From the NCBI RefSeq assembly GCF_001194135.2, contig NC_068981.1, positions 112,845,989 to 112,885,263 on the forward strand: a stretch of 39,275 nucleotides of DNA. The letters are read 5' to 3'. Numbering within the stretch: position 1 is the stretch's first letter; each line of letters begins with the position of its first letter. The translations under genes were made by a program, and so were the position numbers. Source of the stretch: Octopus bimaculoides. Taxonomy: Eukaryota. Positions 34,530-39,275 of this stretch are shown here, one piece after another. The notes beneath the pieces are model-generated. The model was not told where the DNA came from. It did no database searches and saw nothing but the letters and a program-made list of their open reading frames with translations.

Positions 34530-35197
34530 ACAGTTCTATATTTAAGAGATGAGGAATTATGTACATTATTTACAATTGATGGATATTTGTCTTCATCTTG
34601 TTTGTTGTTAACACAATGTTTTGGCTGATATACCCTCCAGCCTTCTTCAGGTGTCTTGGGGAAATTTCGAATCTGGGTTCTCATTCCTAAGGTTTTTTTC
34701 GATGTTGTTGTCGTCATCGCCATCATCGTTGGAATTGAACTCAGAATCTTGGAGTTAACCACTACGCCATAGGCCCATGGGCAATTATGGAGTGAATTTT
34801 AGGGCTTATAAATCTAATATTCTCCTATCCTTCCTTAATACCGGTTCCCATATGCTATTCATATCTGCACTCTGTCTGCTTAGGAGGTTGTTGTGTCCTA
34901 GCATTTGTGCTGCTTCTTTTAGTTTTCGTATTTTCCAGTGGTGTTCTCTGTCTATTATTTAATTTCATCCCACAGTGGGAGGTGGTCTCCATTTTTCCAT
35001 ACATGATCAGCTATACCTGATTTATCAATATCTCCCCATGTCACAGCTTTGCGATGTTCGTCTACCCTTATTTTGAGGGGATGGCATGTTTCGCCTTTGT
35101 ATAACCTACCACAGGGGATGGAGTACACACAGTTCTTAAGTTATATTCTCTTCTATTGGTGGTTTTGCTCAAAGGAGATCTTTGTGAAGTGTTGTAT
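34530..35197 (-). mobile_element. Penelope-like element 3' remnant: GIY-YIG endonuclease pseudogene plus hammerhead-bearing terminal region
   Basis: Minus strand reads KNCVYSIPCGRLYKGETCHPLKIRVDEHRKAV...KSGIADHVWK...LPLWDEIK, then after a frameshift near 34960 IDREHHWKIRKLKEAAQML...IWEPVL, with the stop at 34806-34808. Confidence 0.88.
34610..34655 (-). ncRNA. Minimal type-I hammerhead motif in the Penelope-like 3' region, decayed
   Basis: GACAC-CUGAAGA-A-GGCUG-GAGGGUAUAU-CAGCC-AAAA-CAUU-GUGUU. Stems I and II are intact. GAAACGUU is inferred to have decayed to AAAACAUU through two CpG-type changes. Confidence 0.65.
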
Positions 35198-35242
35198 TAT
35201 ACAACACTTCGCTCCAACCACATATTTGGTCTATATATATAT

Positions 35243-35705
35243 CATCATCATCATCGTTGTTTAATGTCCACTTTCCATGCGGGCATGCGTTGGATGGTTT
35301 GACTGAGGACTTGTGAGCCAGAAGGCTGCACCAGGCTCAGTCTGATCTGGCAAAGTCTTTACAGCTGGGTGCCCTTCCTAACGCCAACCACTCCGAGAGT
35401 GTAGTGGGTGCTTTTATGTGCCACTGGAATGAGGGCTAGTCAGGCGGTTCTGCAACAACCATGCTCAAAAGGTGTTTTTTACATGCTACCTGCACGGGAT
35501 TCAATCTGGCGGCACTGGCAACGACCACACACGAATGTTGTTTTTCACGTGCCACTGGCACATGTCCTGGTAAAAAGCTCGAATGGTGCTTTTTACATAC
35601 CACTGGCACGGGAGTCAATCCTTGACCCTTGGCAATGACCATGCTCAGATGTGCTTTTAACGTTCCATTGACACGAGTGCCAATCAGGCGGTACTGTCAT
35701 TGGCC
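35243..35705 (-). mobile_element. RTE LINE 3' end with a variant module array
   Basis: (CAT)n tail, ccatgcgggcatgcg, gcccttcctaacgccaaccactccgagagtgtagtgggtgc, and four to five gtgccactggca modules. Confidence 0.9.
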
Positions 35706-36641
35706 GGTGAGTCAAAAGTAATGCCTAATTCCTATTTTAGAGTTGATCTGTATGACTTGCCAGTTGGGACTTTTGACTCCTAATTCTTGTTTTACATGTT
35801 GAGATATCAAAGAGTATTAACAACATGATACATGATCCAGATTTAGTAACTTTCAAAGCTGTCAGTAATAACCTGCAAAACAACAAAGAAAGGTATGACT
35901 TAGCAGAAACTGGGTGCTACTTTTGACTCACACTATATATGTATACATATACATACAAAAGGAATAACAGACCTCACAGTAAGCTCTCTACTGGGGTGTC
36001 CAGATATAAAAAAAATACTGGTTAAAACTATGGTGTAAGATTAATGTTACAATCCTTCCAAAAATCCAGGAATCAAAATGGTGAAGGGTATACAATAATT
36101 AAACAGAATTCAAAGAAGTGAGAGATTTATTTATTCCAATTGTTGACATCTGTTTTGTAATCTGTAACCAGTTTCATTTGTGATACTAAAATGTCAAACA
36201 CAAATTAAAATGCACATTCACAATTACGATTGTATCTATAATTCATTAAAAGTCAGATTGAATCTTGTATCCTGGCAATATTACTCAGCTAAACTGGTGC
36301 ATAAAAGGAAAATAGTATGAATTAAGTTTTCCCTGAAATGTAAATACGAACAGAATGAAACAAATTCCACTTAAATCAAATTAGTGGTTGTGAAAATATT
36401 AAGGATTTTCAGGGTATGAATACCCAAAAGGGTGCATAATGGGGAAAGTCTCCAAAATTAACTTAATCCTGAAAGGGAAGTAACTCTTACCTTTCGATTA
36501 GACAGTGACTTGACAACAAAAATATATGATTTGTTTTTTTTACAGTAAATGTTTCTATTTTCGCTTTTGTTAAACACAATATTTTAATCATTTTGAAATA
36601 TTTTTAAGTGAATGTGATTTTAAAAATGTAAGTTGTTTGTA

Positions 36642-36853
36642 CATCATCATCATTGTCATTTAACGTCTGCTTTCCATGCTGGCATGGGTTGGACGGTTTG
36701 ACTGAGGACTGGCTGCACCAGGCTCAATGTGATCTGGTAGAGTTTCTACAGCTGGATGCCCTACCTAACGCCACTCCGAGAGTGTAGTGGGTGCTTTTAT
36801 GTGCCACTGGCATGAGGGCCAGTCAGGCAGTTCTAGCAACGACCACGCTCAAA
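36642..36853 (-). mobile_element. Short RTE LINE 3' end
   Basis: (CAT)n tail, ccatgctggcatgg, and one hairpin module. Confidence 0.9.
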
Positions 36854-37589
36854 AGTATTTACATTTTAGCTTTCTGTAAACAGACAATATTTTAATATTC
36901 TTTTAAATTATTTTCAAGTGAATACCATTACAAAAATTTTTTTTGGCATAAATATTTCATAAAAGACCTGTTTGTAACCTCGATGTGAAATAATTTTTTT
37001 CCATTGGTTTTTTCGAGTGCATTCAATGTATCTCACTTCCAACGATTTGGATGCTATTTCTAGCACACCCTGATGCTATGTAACTGCTATTTGCGATAGC
37101 GGATCCAAAATACCTGTTATGTGGTTGCAGGGCGTGCAAGAAATAGCAGCCAAATCTTTCCTTTTCTGGGGAAAGGAGCCTCTTATGCGTGATTTCGATG
37201 TCACATTCATTGAAAGCATGCAAAATAACATGGAAAGAAGCAAAACAACCATGAAACAAAACTCCATTGCTGGGAAACTCAGACTTTCCCAGTGACCCAA
37301 TGGGTCATGGGCACTCTAGTATGAGTATATAATTGTGCTGTAATCTGATTTCTCTTGAGAAAATTTCACAGGTTTGACAACCAGTAAACATGTATAAAGA
37401 TATGATGGGTTCTCTTGTCATGAATGACAAATGAGGGATCAGTAACATAAAGCAATAATCATGTTCTATGGATATGAATGTGTCTTTTGAGGCTTGCTGG
37501 TGCCTTCCAAACCTTTTGGCGGATGGAAAAGTTGAGGGCTCGGTTTGCTTGAGTGCTTGTAGATTATTTACTGTGTGTTTTCTTGAGTG

Positions 37590-37890
37590 CATGGCAAAGC
37601 CTGCTTTGCTTCATACCACAAAACCACAATGACAGGTAAGGTTTCTATTTAGAGGAGCAGTGTTTTGCCAGTGTGCCTTCATGCTTGTACAAAGTTGGTC
37701 CCGATATGGAGTCAACTTCGCTCAAATCATTGAACTGCAGAGAAGCAGGACTGGTGCCTGCATTCTGATGTTTTGTTTTCTCAGGAAGAAAAGGGAATGT
37801 TGCATCGCTTCAGATTGTCTTTCAATTTATCTTTGAAGCACAAGAGTGGCCTTTCAACTGACTGAGTGCTACTTTTAATGTGGTGGAAGC
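37590..37890 (-). mobile_element. Decayed BovB-like RTE 3' ORF fragment
   Basis: Minus strand reads RPLLCFKDKLKDNLKRCNIPFSS*EN and a TCHCGFVV.SKAGFAMH zinc-finger-like end, comparable to the end of the 5113-6200 element. Confidence 0.6.
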
Positions 37891-37925
37891 TTGCTCCAAC
37901 CACATATTTGGTTTATATATATATA

Positions 37926-39220
37926 ATTATCAAAGGAAGGTTAACTAGGAAGTTAGTTTTTGTATGAGGCAGATGTTCAGGAGCAATGTTCAGAAAACAA
38001 CTTCTGTCACATTCCAGGAAGAAAAACTAGACGTAGTTGATAGCTTCTGATATCTAGGTGACCAAGTTAGTAGTGGGGGAGGGTGCGCTGAAAGTGTAGC
38101 TGCCAGAATAAGAATAGCCTGGGCAAAGTTCACTCTGCTGATGACAAAGGGCCTCTCACTCAGAGTAAAAGGCAGACTGTATGATGCATGTGTACGAACA
38201 ACCATGCTACACAGCAGTGAAACATGGGCTGTGACTGCTGAGGGCTTGCAAGGAATGAAGCTAGTATTCTCCGATGGATGTGTTATGTCAGTGTGCATAC
38301 TCGACAGAGTCTAAGTATCTTGAGAGAAAAGTTGAACCTAAGAAGCATCAGTTGTGGTGTGCAAGAGAGACGATTGCGCTGGTATGGTCATGTGGCGAGA
38401 ATGGATGAGGATAGCTGTGTGAAAACGTGCCACAGCCTTGCGGTTGAGGGTAACTGTGGAAGAGGTAGGCCCAGGAAGACCTGGGATGAGGTTGTGAAGC
38501 ACGACCTTCGAACTTTAGGCCTCACCGAGGCAATGACTAGTGGCCGGGACCTTTGGAAATATGCTGTGCATGAGAAGACCCAGCAAGCCAAGTGAGCGCA
38601 TAATCCAAGGCCTCTGCCAGGGGTGTAGCCAGCAAACTTATGCGTACCTCACCTTTACTTCATTGGACACTAAACTCCACTTGCGAAAACCTGTTGAGGC
38701 AAGTGAAATTGAAATTGAACCAAATTCAATGACTGACACCTATACCAACGTCTCCTACATTGGACACTCAACTCTGCTTGTGAAGACCTGTTGGGGCAAG
38801 TGAAAGCGAAAATGTCCTAGCGTGATCGTTGCCAGAGCAGCTGTCTGGCTTCCATGCCAGTGGCATGTAAATAGCACCATTTGAGCATGATTATTACCAG
38901 TGTCGCCTTCCTGGCACTTGTGCTGGTGGCACATGAAAAGGCGTTCGAAGGAGGTCATTGCCAGTGCTGCTGGACTGGCTCCTGTGCAGGTGGCACGTAT
39001 AATATGCCATTTTGAGCATGGCCGATGCCAGTACTGCCTGACTGGCCTTCATGCCGGTGGCACGTAAAAGCACCCACTACACTCTCGGAGTGGTTGGCGT
39101 TAGGAAGGGCATCCAGCTGTAGAAACTCTGCCAAAATCAGATTGGAGCCTGGTGTAGCCATCTGGTTTGCCAGTCCTCAGTCATGCTAGCATGGAAAGCA
39201 GACGTTAGACAATGATGATG

Positions 39221-39222
<2 letters not shown>
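37926..39222 (+). mobile_element. Young 5'-truncated RTE LINE flanked by TA runs
   Basis: ORF remnant 38278-38595 (RLRWYGHV, GRGRPRKTW), full module UTR and (GAT)n tail. (TA)6 lies at 37914-37925 and (TA)16 at 39223-39254. Confidence 0.95.
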
Positions 39223-39262
<40 letters not shown>

Positions 39263-39275
39263 AATATTTATGTGA

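Noticed and set aside
36560-36937. ~70-nt imperfect direct repeat flanking the short RTE end; a similar one at 18386-18530 and 18812-18955
   Set aside because: Only about 70% identical and very AT-rich. It is too diverged for a TSD and more likely an old low-complexity tandem repeat.
37020-37300. CpG-containing stretch with ~70-codon open frames on both strands
   Set aside because: No motif is recognisable and there are no convincing splice sites matching the next dynein exon. It is possibly a transposon remnant but is unassignable by eye.

Overview
AT-rich animal genomic DNA, most likely an octopus (inferred from the repeat families and microsatellite load, not proven). The window holds five consecutive internal coding exons (1047-1301, 3874-4043, 4449-4671, 19867-20070, 29457-29858; + strand; 418 codons, GT-AG, phases 0/2/0/0) of an outer-arm beta-type axonemal dynein heavy chain (DNAH9/DNAH11/DNAH17 family, tail/DHC_N2 region). 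The gene continues beyond both window ends. The introns contain about 15 RTE-clade LINE copies or 3' ends with (GAT)n tails, two BovB-like RTE fragments, a Penelope-like GIY-YIG remnant, an old CR1/Jockey-like remnant, a Tc1 element with DD36E spacing, SINE pieces, MITEs, local duplications and one 114-N gap. The most interesting signals are: (1) four minimal type-I hammerhead ribozyme motifs from at least three unrelated families, including a tandem pair on the dynein sense strand at 8149-8326; (2) a C4HC3 PHD finger inserted inside the reverse transcriptase domain of the dominant RTE family; (3) a variable-number array of ~65-nt double-hairpin modules in the 3' UTR of that family; (4) a three-armed inverted-repeat element at 22.1-23.75 kb. 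All family calls come from motif recognition and manual alignment. No database search was run, and percent identities are hand estimates.
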